From an uncultured Gemmatimonadaceae bacterium (GTDB lineage: Bacteria; Gemmatimonadota; Gemmatimonadetes; Gemmatimonadales; Gemmatimonadaceae), in the NCBI GenBank assembly GCA_963781585.1, contig CAWAGQ010000007.1, positions 352,001 to 416,000 of the forward strand: a stretch of 64,000 bases of DNA, written 5' to 3'. The notes beneath the pieces were generated by a model. It worked only from the letters and a program-made list of their open reading frames with translations, made no database searches and was not told where the DNA came from. Every line of letters starts with the position of its first letter. Within the stretch, counting starts at the first letter, position 1. Shown here piece by piece: positions 47,001 through 56,800 of the stretch. A program made the position numbers and the translations under genes.

Positions 47001-49666
47001 GCCGTCAGGCGTTGAGCACCAGACCGCGGCGGGGACGGAGACCGCGGGCGCGGGTGATTCCTTCTTCGATGCCGTCAGGCGTTGAGCACGAGGATACGGG
47101 ACCAATCCCGGCGCGAGCGGTACGTGATTCCTTCTTCGATGCCGTCAGGCGTTGAGCACTCATCATTGCGGTGGCGTCCGGTCATCCTCTCCGGTGATTC
47201 CTTCTTCGATGCCGTCAGGCGTTGAGCACTCCTCGCTTACTACCACCGCGCTCGCCGCCGGCGGGTGATTCCTTCTTCGATGCCGTCAGGCGTTGAGCAC
47301 GGAAGCGTTCTGTGGCTTTCATAAGCCCATCAAGTGATTCCTTCTTCGATGCCGTCAGGCGTTGAGCACACTCGGTAGGCTCATCTGGCGTTCCTCGTCT
47401 CGATGTGATTCCTTCTTCGATGCCGTCAGGCGTTGAGCACCCGAAGTGCCCTTCTTCTACGACGGGCGCTACAAGTGATTCCTTCTTCGATGCCGTCAGG
47501 CGTTGAGCACTTCATGGACGCCGACCACCCGCGATGGGGCGCGCAGTGTGATTCCTTCTTCGATGCCGTCAGGCGTTGAGCACATCCCGCCGGCCTCCGC
47601 AACCGTCACGGTCGCCGCGGCTGTCAGGTGATTCCTTCTTCGATGCCGTCAGGCGTTGAGCACTGGTTCCCGCAGATTTCCCTGAACAGGAACGACAGGT
47701 GATTCCTTCTTCGATGCCGTCAGGCGTTGAGCACTCAGCGGCGACATCATCCTCAACCTCGGGGGCCTGGTGATTCCTTCTTCGATGCCGTCAGGCGTTG
47801 AGCACGTTGACTGCCACACACTCGGCACCGTCGTACACGGTGGTGATTCCTTCTTCGATGCCGTCAGGCGTTGAGCACGTACAGACTACTGCAAAGGCTG
47901 GTAGGGGAAAGGGTGATTCCTTCTTCGATGCCGTCAGGCGTTGAGCACTTCTGCGGCAGAGAGCATCGTCAGGGACGATGCGGCGTGATTCCTTCTTCGA
48001 TGCCGTCAGGCGTTGAGCACATCGTTTCCCCGTCCGTGGCGGCAGCGTAGCCGAAGAACGTGATTCCTTCTTCGATGCCGTCAGGCGTTGAGCACTTCAA
48101 GAGCCCGGAAGAATTTCGGCTGTCGGTCTGTGATTCCTTCTTCGATGCCGTCAGGCGTTGAGCACCGGTCGAACCGGAAGGACGGTTCGTCAGGGCGCCG
48201 AGTGATTCCTTCTTCGATGCCGTCAGGCGTTGAGCACCGGCGGTGAAGGCCATGGCACCGAGCGCGGCCAGGATGTGATTCCTTCTTCGATGCCGTCAGG
48301 CGTTGAGCACGTGACTGGATTGGAGCATCGGCTGGCGAGGATAGCGTGATTCCTTCTTCGATGCCGTCAGGCGTTGAGCACAAGTTCGGGAGGGGGGTTC
48401 CGCTGTCAACCTTCGGGTGATTCCTTCTTCGATGCCGTCAGGCGTTGAGCACAGGGCGGCACGCTTCACACGGACCTCCGACTCTGTGATTCCTTCTTCG
48501 ATGCCGTCAGGCGTTGAGCACGAGACATCGCGCCGTTGGCCACGATTGAGCGGCTGTATGTGATTCCTTCTTCGATGCCGTCAGGCGTTGAGCACCCGTC
48601 AATGGCCGCGCAGAGCGCCTCGTCCAGCACGTGATTCCTTCTTCGATGCCGTCAGGCGTTGAGCACGTACTCGAAGTCGAGAATGAGCCCGCCCGACTTC
48701 GTGATTCCTTCTTCGATGCCGTCAGGCGTTGAGCACCCGGGGAGTATCGCCGCCACTTCCGCAATCGGCGGACGTGATTCCTTCTTCGATGCCGTCAGGC
48801 GTTGAGCACTTGGTCAGCACCGCGGTCGCGGTGGGGAGTACGCGCGTGATTCCTTCTTCGATGCCGTCAGGCGTTGAGCACTGGAGTCGGGACAAGAATC
48901 TGGTGACGGTGAAGCGTGATTCCTTCTTCGATGCCGTCAGGCGTTGAGCACTCCTCGCCGTCGATCCCCTTGTCGCTAATCCACGCGTGATTCCTTCTTC
49001 GATGCCGTCAGGCGTTGAGCACATGCCGTGGGCGCGGCGTTGGGAGCAACGGATCAAGTGATTCCTTCTTCGATGCCGTCAGGCGTTGAGCACTATCCCG
49101 ACATTTTCGTCGCACCGAAGGTGGCAAGGTGATTCCTTCTTCGATGCCGTCAGGCGTTGAGCACATACTCGAGGCTGAGGGGCGCGGTAAACCGATCCAG
49201 CAGTGATTCCTTCTTCGATGCCGTCAGGCGTTGAGCACATTCGGTACGCGGTGAAGGCGGAGCAAGTCGCGCGGTGATTCCTTCTTCGATGCCGTCAGGC
49301 GTTGAGCACTCGTCCGACGTGACCTGGCCGTCAAAGGACGGATACAGTGATTCCTTCTTCGATGCCGTCAGGCGTTGAGCACACCACGGTGCTGGTTGCC
49401 GGAAGGAACTTCCGAAGTGATTCCTTCTTCGATGCCGTCAGGCGTTGAGCACTCCTCGTAGCCGAGTCAGTCATCGCTTCGGCTCCTGTGATTCCTTCTT
49501 CGATGCCGTCAGGCGTTGAGCACACGGTCTTTCTGATGGATTTCTTGCAGCGCTCGCGTGATTCCTTCTTCGATGCCGTCAGGCGTTGAGCACGACATGA
49601 AGTTCGGCGGTGTCCCCGAGAGCTCCGTGCGTGATTCCTTCTTCGATGCCTTAAGACGTTGAGCAC
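44086..49666 (+). CRISPR. CRISPR array: 78 repeats of 36 bp (GTGATTCCTTCTTCGATGCCGTCAGGCGTTGAGCAC) and 77 spacers of 33-45 bp
   Basis: Manual count; repeats look identical except the last (49631-49666, GTCAGG changed to TTAAGA); internal hairpin CGATGCC-GTCA-GGCGTTG. Confidence 0.98.
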
Positions 49667-49755
49667 TTGGCGCGGCCGTCGCCGCTGGTCGCGGCGCCTC
49701 GTGCGCGTCGCGTAGGGGTTCCGTGTCGCTGGAACATGTCGTAGCGTTGTGGTCC

Positions 49756-51168
49756 GTGAACGCTCCCCCGTCGCGCCTCGCCGAAGCCCTCGCCGACCGG
49801 TACACCATCGAACGGGAGGTGGGGGCCGGCGGCATGGCCACCGTGTTCCTTGCCGAGGACCGGAAGCACGGGCGCAAAGTCGCGCTCAAGGTGCTGCGCC
49901 CCGAGCTCGCCGCGGCCATGGGTTCCGAGCGCTTCCCGCGCGAGATCAAGATGGTGGCGCAGTTCAATCACCCGCACATCCTGTCGCTCTACGACTCGGG
50001 CGAGGTGCAGGGGTTCCTCTACTACGTGATGCCGTACGTGGAGGGCGAGTCCCTCCGCGACCGGTTGGCGCGCGAGGGGCAGCTTCCAGTCGGCGACGCC
50101 ACCCGGATCCTGCGCGAGGTCGCCGACGCGCTCGCGTACTCGCACGCCCGCGGGGTGGTGCACCGGGACATCAAACCCGGCAACGTCCTCCTCTCGGGGC
50201 GCCACGCGGTGGTCACCGACTTCGGTGTCGCCAAGGCGCTCACCGCGTCAGGCGGCGACAAGGCCACCACGGTCGGGCTCGCGGTGGGGACCCCGCAATA
50301 CATGTCGCCGGAGCAGGCGATGGGCGACACCAACATCGACCACCGCGCGGACATCTATGCGCTGGGACTGCTCGGGTATGAGATGCTCGCGGGGCGGCCG
50401 CCGTTCGATGCCACCACGCCGCAGGGCATTCTCGCGGCGCAGGTCATGGAGCAGCCGGCGGACATCCAGCAGGTGCGGCCGGGCACGCCTCCCATCCTCG
50501 GCGACGCCATCATGCGTTGCCTGGCAAAGAATCCCGCCGATCGCTGGCAGAGCGCCGACGAACTCATCGCCCGCCTCGAGACTATCGGCGCCACGCCGCC
50601 AAGCGGCGGCCTCACGCCGACCGATACGCGCCCGTTGAAGGCTCTGGCGCTGCGGCCGACGAGGCGACGGGGGTTGCTGATTGGCGTGGTGGCGGGCCTG
50701 GTCGCAATCGGTGGCGCCATTGCTGCGTACGAGCTCGGGAGAGGCGGAAATACCGGGAAGATCGACCGCATCGGGGTGATGCCGATCGAGGACATTTCCG
50801 GCAAGGACTCCGTGTTCGTGGCGGCCATGCACGACGCGCTCACCAGTGCGCTCACGCGCGCGAACCTCACCGGCGTCGAAGCGCATTCGACGATGATGCG
50901 CTACAAGGGGAGCGCCAAGACCATTCGCGAGATCGCGAAGGAACTCGGTCTCGGCGCGGTGGTGGAGGCGACGGTGTTCCGCGCCGGAGACGTGATGCGG
51001 ATCAACGTGCAGTTCACGGACCCGGTGACCAGCCGGTCGCTCTGGTCGAACACGTTCGAGAAGAACGTGAGCGACGTGCTGGCGGCACAGAGCGACGTCG
51101 TGGTGCAGGTGGCCAGCGGAATCGACAGCGTACTTGCCGGATCCCCGAAGAACGGAGGAGGCAAATGA
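49756..51168 (+). CDS. Membrane Ser/Thr kinase with a C-terminal TolB-N-like domain
   Basis: GAGGMATV, VALK, HRDIKPGN, DFG and GTPQYMSPE motifs; TM helix; IGVMPIEDISG...EIAKELG..VVE..V.R.G..RINVQF. Confidence 0.92.
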   Translation: MNAPPSRLAEALADRYTIEREVGAGGMATVFLAEDRKHGRKVALKVLRPELAAAMGSERFPREIKMVAQFNHPHILSLYDSGEVQGFLYYVMPYVEGESLRDRLAREGQLPVGDATRILREVADALAYSHARGVVHRDIKPGNVLLSGRHAVVTDFGVAKALTASGGDKATTVGLAVGTPQYMSPEQAMGDTNIDHRADIYALGLLGYEMLAGRPPFDATTPQGILAAQVMEQPADIQQVRPGTPPILGDAIMRCLAKNPADRWQSADELIARLETIGATPPSGGLTPTDTRPLKALALRPTRRRGLLIGVVAGLVAIGGAIAAYELGRGGNTGKIDRIGVMPIEDISGKDSVFVAAMHDALTSALTRANLTGVEAHSTMMRYKGSAKTIREIAKELGLGAVVEATVFRAGDVMRINVQFTDPVTSRSLWSNTFEKNVSDVLAAQSDVVVQVASGIDSVLAGSPKNGGGK

Positions 51169-53120
51169 GATTCTCTCCCTGCGTCGGCATGGTGCTCCTG
51201 CTGGGCGCGTGCGCCCGCGGTGAGAGCGGTGGTCCACAGGTAACCGCGCTCTCCCCGGACGGCCAACGCCTGAATGCAATCAGCTATTCGCCTGATGGAA
51301 CCCGGATTGCGTACTGGAGTCCGGGCGATTCGGCGGCCTGGCAGCTGTGGGTGGCCAACGCGGACCTGAGCGCGCCGATGAAGATGCCAGCGATTTCGCT
51401 GTTCTCCGGAGTCCCGCCGGTATGGTCGCCCGATGGTACCAGGATTGCCTCGTGGTCGAGCCAGTTCGGGACGGCGGATGTCGTCGTCATGCCGGCTGCG
51501 GGCGGTGCACCGCAACGTGTGACGCAGGGTCCTGGCTTTGAAATCCCGGTCGCCTGGTATCCGGACGGAGATCGCCTGACCTACCTCGCATCGGCTGAGG
51601 GAGGTACCATCAGCAGCTTCGAAGTGTCCGTCAGCGCGGGGACGAGCAAGCCTCTTGTCCCGAACGAAAGGCACCCGACATTCGGGATGCCCTCACCCGA
51701 TGGTTCACACCTCGGGTACGGGGTCGTCGACGGCCAACGGAGCAGCCTGTGGGTAGCGGACAGCGACGGCAGCAATCCGCGCCAGCTGACAAGCGAGGGC
51801 TTCGAGAGCGCTAGCGGCAATACCATCCCGTGGTCGCCGGACGGGAAGGAGATCGCGTACGAATCGCGCCGCACAGGAACGTCGGACATCTGGGTCGTCC
51901 CGATCGACGGCGGCAAGCCACAGCAGCTCACGCACGACGTGCGGAACGACTACCTCCCGACGTGGTCGCCCGATGGCAAGTGGATCGCGTTTCTCTCGGA
52001 CCGGGGCCGGCAGACTGATGTCTGGGTGGTTCCCGCAGCTGGTGGCGAGGAGCGCCGGGTGAGCGATACTTCGGATGACGAATTGGCGCTGACCTGGAGG
52101 CCCGGGACCACGACGTTGGCGTTCACTGCGATCACCCGGGCGGGCGGCGCTTGGGTCATGGACCTTACCGGCGGGACGGAGCGGCGCATCACGCCCGATT
52201 CCGTTCGCATCAGCTGGTTCAACGTTTCGCCTGACGGCGAGCAGATCGACTACGTGGTCGACCGCGGCGGTGGGATCGCGGACCTGGCCGTGATGGCCAT
52301 CGCCGGCGGCCCGTCGCGCACGCTGGTGGCGGGTGGCGGGATCGTCAACTCGCCTTACTGGTCGCCGGATGGATCGAAGATCGTGTTCACGTCGGACCGC
52401 GGCGGGTCGATGGACGTGTGGGTGGTGGACGCGTCCGGCGGAGCGCCGCGTCAGATCACGAACTGGCCGAGTAATGAGAGCGCGGCGGTGTGGAGCGGGG
52501 ACGGCAAGGTGGTGTTCTTCCGGTCTGATCGCGACAGCAAGCTGGGTGATCTCTGGAAAGTGCCTGCGTCGGGCGGAGAGCCGACACGAGTGACGAACAA
52601 TGGTACCATCGGTGGTGGGTTGGTCAGCCGTGCCGGCGTCTCCGATATCTTCGCCGGCACGCTCAATCCGAGCGGAGGTCAGCTGGCATTTGCGCGAGTG
52701 CGCCCGGACGGCAGCCTGCATGCGGTGTGGGATCTGACCAATGCGTTTCCGGCCTCGATTTCTCCGTCCGGCGATTCGGTTGCGGCGCTGGTGGAGCAGC
52801 CGGACGGGAAGATGGCCAGCATGATCCTCCCAGCGGCCGGTGGTGCGGGCCGGGTCATTCTTGGAGCGAGCGATCAGGTCGGGAACTGGTCGAAGGACGG
52901 CAGGACGCTGCTCTATGAGACCGGCCCCAGCGCGTCTCGCGATCTCGGCGTCCTGAATGTCGCCGACGGCACCACGCGACGCCTGACGACGACGCCCGAG
53001 GAGGAGGGAGGCGCGGAGTTCACGCCCGACGGGAACAGCGTGGTGTTCGTGCGGAACAGAGTCGTGGAGCGGATCTACTCGGTGGACCTGTCGAAGATGC
53101 TCGGCGGCGCGAAGCCGTAG
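51165..53120 (+). CDS. TolB-like PD40 beta-propeller lipoprotein
   Basis: GGAGGAGG RBS and ATGA overlap; lipobox LLGAC; many (W)SPDG repeats. Confidence 0.9.
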   Translation: MRFSPCVGMVLLLGACARGESGGPQVTALSPDGQRLNAISYSPDGTRIAYWSPGDSAAWQLWVANADLSAPMKMPAISLFSGVPPVWSPDGTRIASWSSQFGTADVVVMPAAGGAPQRVTQGPGFEIPVAWYPDGDRLTYLASAEGGTISSFEVSVSAGTSKPLVPNERHPTFGMPSPDGSHLGYGVVDGQRSSLWVADSDGSNPRQLTSEGFESASGNTIPWSPDGKEIAYESRRTGTSDIWVVPIDGGKPQQLTHDVRNDYLPTWSPDGKWIAFLSDRGRQTDVWVVPAAGGEERRVSDTSDDELALTWRPGTTTLAFTAITRAGGAWVMDLTGGTERRITPDSVRISWFNVSPDGEQIDYVVDRGGGIADLAVMAIAGGPSRTLVAGGGIVNSPYWSPDGSKIVFTSDRGGSMDVWVVDASGGAPRQITNWPSNESAAVWSGDGKVVFFRSDRDSKLGDLWKVPASGGEPTRVTNNGTIGGGLVSRAGVSDIFAGTLNPSGGQLAFARVRPDGSLHAVWDLTNAFPASISPSGDSVAALVEQPDGKMASMILPAAGGAGRVILGASDQVGNWSKDGRTLLYETGPSASRDLGVLNVADGTTRRLTTTPEEEGGAEFTPDGNSVVFVRNRVVERIYSVDLSKMLGGAKP

Positions 53121-53543
53121 GGCGGTTGGCTGCCGCGCTGCCTGTCCCCAGCGCGCGTTAGGCGGACTCGGCGGCGATGGGTCCGACACGCGCCGGACTG
53201 CGCAGGATGAGCCATTCCGCGACCACGAGATTCGGCACTCAGCACAGCCAGGCTACGACCTGGTGCGCCTCCGCGGAGGTATCGCCAGGCAGGATGCATC
53301 CGATTCTGAGCCCTGATTCTGTTCCAGGCCGCGTATCATCGCGTTCATACCACTGAACACGGCGTTACGTATTCCGGCAGACGTCCCGAAACCCGGAGAC
53401 GTGCGGTAAGCGACTGGGGCATCGGGTCATGCGACTCGCGCTTGCCCCCGTGCCAGGCGTCGGCACGTCGCGTGAAGCAGGAGAGGACGAATCGAAGCGC
53501 CGCACCGGCGCCCCGTTCTCGCCCTATCTTCGAGGTTCTCCTC

Positions 53544-55475
53544 ATGCAACGTCTCACGTGGTACCGGGTCCTGGCCGTCGGCGCATTGGTAGCGCCGATG
53601 ACCGGGCGTGCGCAGGGTCCCAGGTCGCCCGTTCCGCCGGCGAAGGTTCGCGAGCTCGCGACCATTGAAGGGGATGTTAGCGGATTTGTCCGGCTGCCGA
53701 GCGGACGCGCTCTCATCTACAGCGTCGGCGACAGCACCTTCGCGTACGACGTGGCCACGAAACACCGCACGCTGCTCGGGACCGACATGTCCCCTAATTC
53801 GGTGTCGCCACAAGGCGATCGATTTGCCTTCAGCCGATCCGCCGAGGATCACACGGGTGCATTCCTGTGGACGATGCCGATCGATCCCGGAACCGGTATC
53901 GCGACCGGTCCGGCGCACCGGGTGAGCCTCCGGCCCACCGATCGCGAGCGCGCGAGGTTCTCGCCGGACGGCACCTTGCTCGCCTTCAATGCCGGGCCTC
54001 GACCGGATGGCACGTGGGATGTCAGTCTTGTTCCCGCGACGGGTGGGGCTGAGCGCATTGTCGCGAATTGCCCCGGACCGATGAACGTCGGCTGGAGCGC
54101 CGATGGACAATCGCTGTTCATGGAAGGAGGCTCACCCCACGTCCCGATCGACCGGGTCCCGATAGCTGGCGGGGCGCGCGAATCCCTCTTCCCCTATACG
54201 CCGGTCACGGTCCGATGGGTCGTGGGCCTCTCGCCCGACGCCCGGATCGCCCTGTTCCAGCACAATCCAGACGGCTTCTATTACCGGACCGCCTCCGGCA
54301 CGGAAGGAGAGATCCCCGTCGCCCTGCCACCGCTCGACGATGGATGGGGACTCGACTTCAGTCTCCAGTCGATGCGATACGCCACGATGACCGTGGATCA
54401 TCACTCGGCGGTACGCATCGTGGACCTGGCCACCGGCCAGGCGCACGACCTGGTGCCGGGGAATGTGCCCACCAGCGCCCCTGCCTGGTCGCCGGACGGG
54501 CGTCGGATTGCGGCGCTGATCGGCAACCTGTCGCACTACGAGATCGCGATCATGAACGCGGACGGCTCGGGGCTGCGTCGCTATCCGCTGCCGAAGCAAC
54601 TGGACGGTTGGGGAGACCCGTGGAAACAGCCGTGGTCACCCGATGGACGCTTTCTGGCATTTCGGGCCCGCGACCGTCGCAAAGTCGGGTGGCAGGACCT
54701 CGAGAGCCAGCTGGTGGTCCTCGATGTCAACACGGGTACGATTCGCGTGCTCGCGAGCGTATCCCCGGGTAGGATCGGGGGTTTCGTGTGGCGATCGGAC
54801 GGAAAAGCCATCAGGGCGATCGAGTACGTGAGCGACGCACGGACGCGGCAGAATCGTCCGAGCATCGTCGAGATTGGTGTCGACGGCGCCACGCGGCGGC
54901 TGCGCGATATCGCTGCCGAATTCCCTGAGCTGCGAGGGGTGGAATTCACCTCCGATCGCGAGGTAGTTGTCGGCGTGGCGGCTGACCAGAAGATTCAGCG
55001 GTTCCTCGTGTCCGTCGACGGCGGCACGGCGCGGCCCCTGCCGGATGTCGCTACCGAGCCCGGCCTGAACAGTGGTGAGGGCGTCGGGCAGGTAATCGGA
55101 GGGCCCTGGGTCGTTCTCCCGAGACGAGATGCTCGGGGCGATTGGCCGGCCCTGACATTTCTGTCCACCAGGGGCGACTCTACCGTGACCATGCGGCTGC
55201 CGTTCGGGAGCCTCGGCGGCGCTGCGCTCCCGAATGGCACGTACCTCATCGTCGGCCATACAACGAAGGGGGACAGGCAGTGGAGGCTCTACGTCGTAGG
55301 ACTCGATGGTAGCACGCCGCGTCTGATCGGAGACGCTCCCGCGGAGTGGGATACCAAGTCATTGGCTCCGTCGCCCGATGGCAAGCTGCTCGCTTACACG
55401 TCGGAGGGTCGCTACACGTCCAAGATCTTCGAGATCGACTTCGCCCCGTCGCTTCAGGCACTCATGAAGCCCTGA
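53544..55475 (+). CDS. Secreted PD40/WD40-like beta-propeller protein
   Basis: Signal peptide MQRLTWYRVLAVGALVAPMTGRAQ; repeated FSPDG/WSADG/WSPDG motifs. Confidence 0.85.
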   Translation: MQRLTWYRVLAVGALVAPMTGRAQGPRSPVPPAKVRELATIEGDVSGFVRLPSGRALIYSVGDSTFAYDVATKHRTLLGTDMSPNSVSPQGDRFAFSRSAEDHTGAFLWTMPIDPGTGIATGPAHRVSLRPTDRERARFSPDGTLLAFNAGPRPDGTWDVSLVPATGGAERIVANCPGPMNVGWSADGQSLFMEGGSPHVPIDRVPIAGGARESLFPYTPVTVRWVVGLSPDARIALFQHNPDGFYYRTASGTEGEIPVALPPLDDGWGLDFSLQSMRYATMTVDHHSAVRIVDLATGQAHDLVPGNVPTSAPAWSPDGRRIAALIGNLSHYEIAIMNADGSGLRRYPLPKQLDGWGDPWKQPWSPDGRFLAFRARDRRKVGWQDLESQLVVLDVNTGTIRVLASVSPGRIGGFVWRSDGKAIRAIEYVSDARTRQNRPSIVEIGVDGATRRLRDIAAEFPELRGVEFTSDREVVVGVAADQKIQRFLVSVDGGTARPLPDVATEPGLNSGEGVGQVIGGPWVVLPRRDARGDWPALTFLSTRGDSTVTMRLPFGSLGGAALPNGTYLIVGHTTKGDRQWRLYVVGLDGSTPRLIGDAPAEWDTKSLAPSPDGKLLAYTSEGRYTSKIFEIDFAPSLQALMKP

Positions 55476-56800
55476 TGACACGACGCGTCCTGATCGTCGA
55501 CGACGATCCGGCCATTCGTACCTCGCTCGCAGAGGCGCTCTCGGACGACGGCATCACGGTTACCGTCGCCGAGAGCGGCGAGCGGGCGCTCGCGGTGTTC
55601 GAGCAGGCGGCACCAGACGTTGTGCTGTCCGACGTCCGCATGCCGGACCTCGACGGCTTGGCACTTCTCCACACGCTATGTGAACGCGCGCCTTCGGTCG
55701 ACATCATCCTCATGACCGCGTTCGACGACATGCCCACGGTTGTCGCCGCGATGCGTGGCGGCGCCGTGGAATTCCTGGTCAAGCCGCTTAACCTCCGCCA
55801 GCTGCGCCGTGTCGTCGATCGCGCGTTCGACGACCGGCGTTCCCGGCGGACTGCCGAGCCGGCCGAAGCGATCACCGATGACCACCTCGGCGAGTTGGTC
55901 GGACGCGACCCACAGATGATCGCGGTTTACAAACTCGTCGGACAGGCAGCAGCCACCAGGGCGACGGTGCTGGTACGGGGAGAGAGCGGTACCGGCAAGG
56001 AGCTGGTCGCACGCGCCATCCACGCGAACTCGAGGGCGGCAGCAGAGCCGTTCGTGCCGGTGAACTGCGCTGCGTTGCCGAACACACTGCTCGAGTCGGA
56101 GCTGTTCGGCCACGTGCGCGGTGCGTTCACCGGCGCCCACGAAACACGTCGTGGCCGATTCGCGCTGGCCGGCAAGGGCACCATCTTCCTCGACGAGATC
56201 GGCGATACCACGATCGACTTCCAGAGTAAGCTGCTGCGGGTTATTCAGGATCGCGAGTTCCAGCCGGTCGGCGCCGAGCGGCCCGAGCGCACCGAAGCGC
56301 GCGTGATCGCAGCCACCCACCAGGATCTCGAGCAGATGCTGGCGGACCACCGCTTCCGCGAGGACCTCTACTACCGGATGCGGGTGGTGGAGATCGTCAT
56401 CCCACCGCTGCGCGAGCGCCCGGACGACATTCCGCTCCTGGCACATCGCATGGTGCAGCGCGCCAGCCGCTCGCTGGAGACCGCTGACGCGATTCTCTCC
56501 GAAGAGGCACTCGACCGGTTGGTCCGGCACTCGTGGCCCGGCAACGTGCGGGAACTGGAGAACTGCGTCATGCGCTCGGTGGTGATTGCCTCGGGAAGCG
56601 TAATCCGACCCGAACACCTGTCCATCGCCAGTCCGCGCCAGGCACAGCAAGCTCCCCTTTCCTCGCTTGAGAATGTGGAGCGTGAGCACGTAGTCCGCAT
56701 TCTCGAGGCAACCGATGGTCAGAAAGGCCGCGCCGCGGAGATTCTCGGCGTATCACGACCGCGGCTCAACCGCCTCCTCGAGAAGTACGGAATCGAATAG
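55475..56800 (+). CDS. Sigma54-dependent NtrC-family response regulator
   Basis: Receiver (VDDD, SDVRMP); GESGTGKE, ESELFGH, GAFTGA, FLDEIG, WPGNVRELEN; Fis-type HTH. Confidence 0.95.
   Translation: MTRRVLIVDDDPAIRTSLAEALSDDGITVTVAESGERALAVFEQAAPDVVLSDVRMPDLDGLALLHTLCERAPSVDIILMTAFDDMPTVVAAMRGGAVEFLVKPLNLRQLRRVVDRAFDDRRSRRTAEPAEAITDDHLGELVGRDPQMIAVYKLVGQAAATRATVLVRGESGTGKELVARAIHANSRAAAEPFVPVNCAALPNTLLESELFGHVRGAFTGAHETRRGRFALAGKGTIFLDEIGDTTIDFQSKLLRVIQDREFQPVGAERPERTEARVIAATHQDLEQMLADHRFREDLYYRMRVVEIVIPPLRERPDDIPLLAHRMVQRASRSLETADAILSEEALDRLVRHSWPGNVRELENCVMRSVVIASGSVIRPEHLSIASPRQAQQAPLSSLENVEREHVVRILEATDGQKGRAAEILGVSRPRLNRLLEKYGIE

Noticed and set aside
44114..49666. Many short ORFs with repeated peptides (VIPSSMPSGVEH, CSTPDGIEEGIT, AQRLTASKKES)
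   Set aside because: They are translations of the CRISPR repeat, not proteins.
35237..49666. CRISPR-associated transposon (Cmx8-type Cascades can be co-opted by Tn7-like elements)
   Set aside because: No tnsABC or tniQ genes seen; cas3, the adaptation genes and a long array are present.
44086..49666. Self-targeting spacers within the window
   Set aside because: None noticed in the spacers checked by eye; the check was not exhaustive and needs a blastn search.
33236..49735. Similar GTTCCG...GCTGGAAC palindromes at both edges of the defence block (33236-33255 and 49718-49735) as att sites
   Set aside because: Different lengths, short match, and no integrase or tRNA nearby; chance cannot be excluded.
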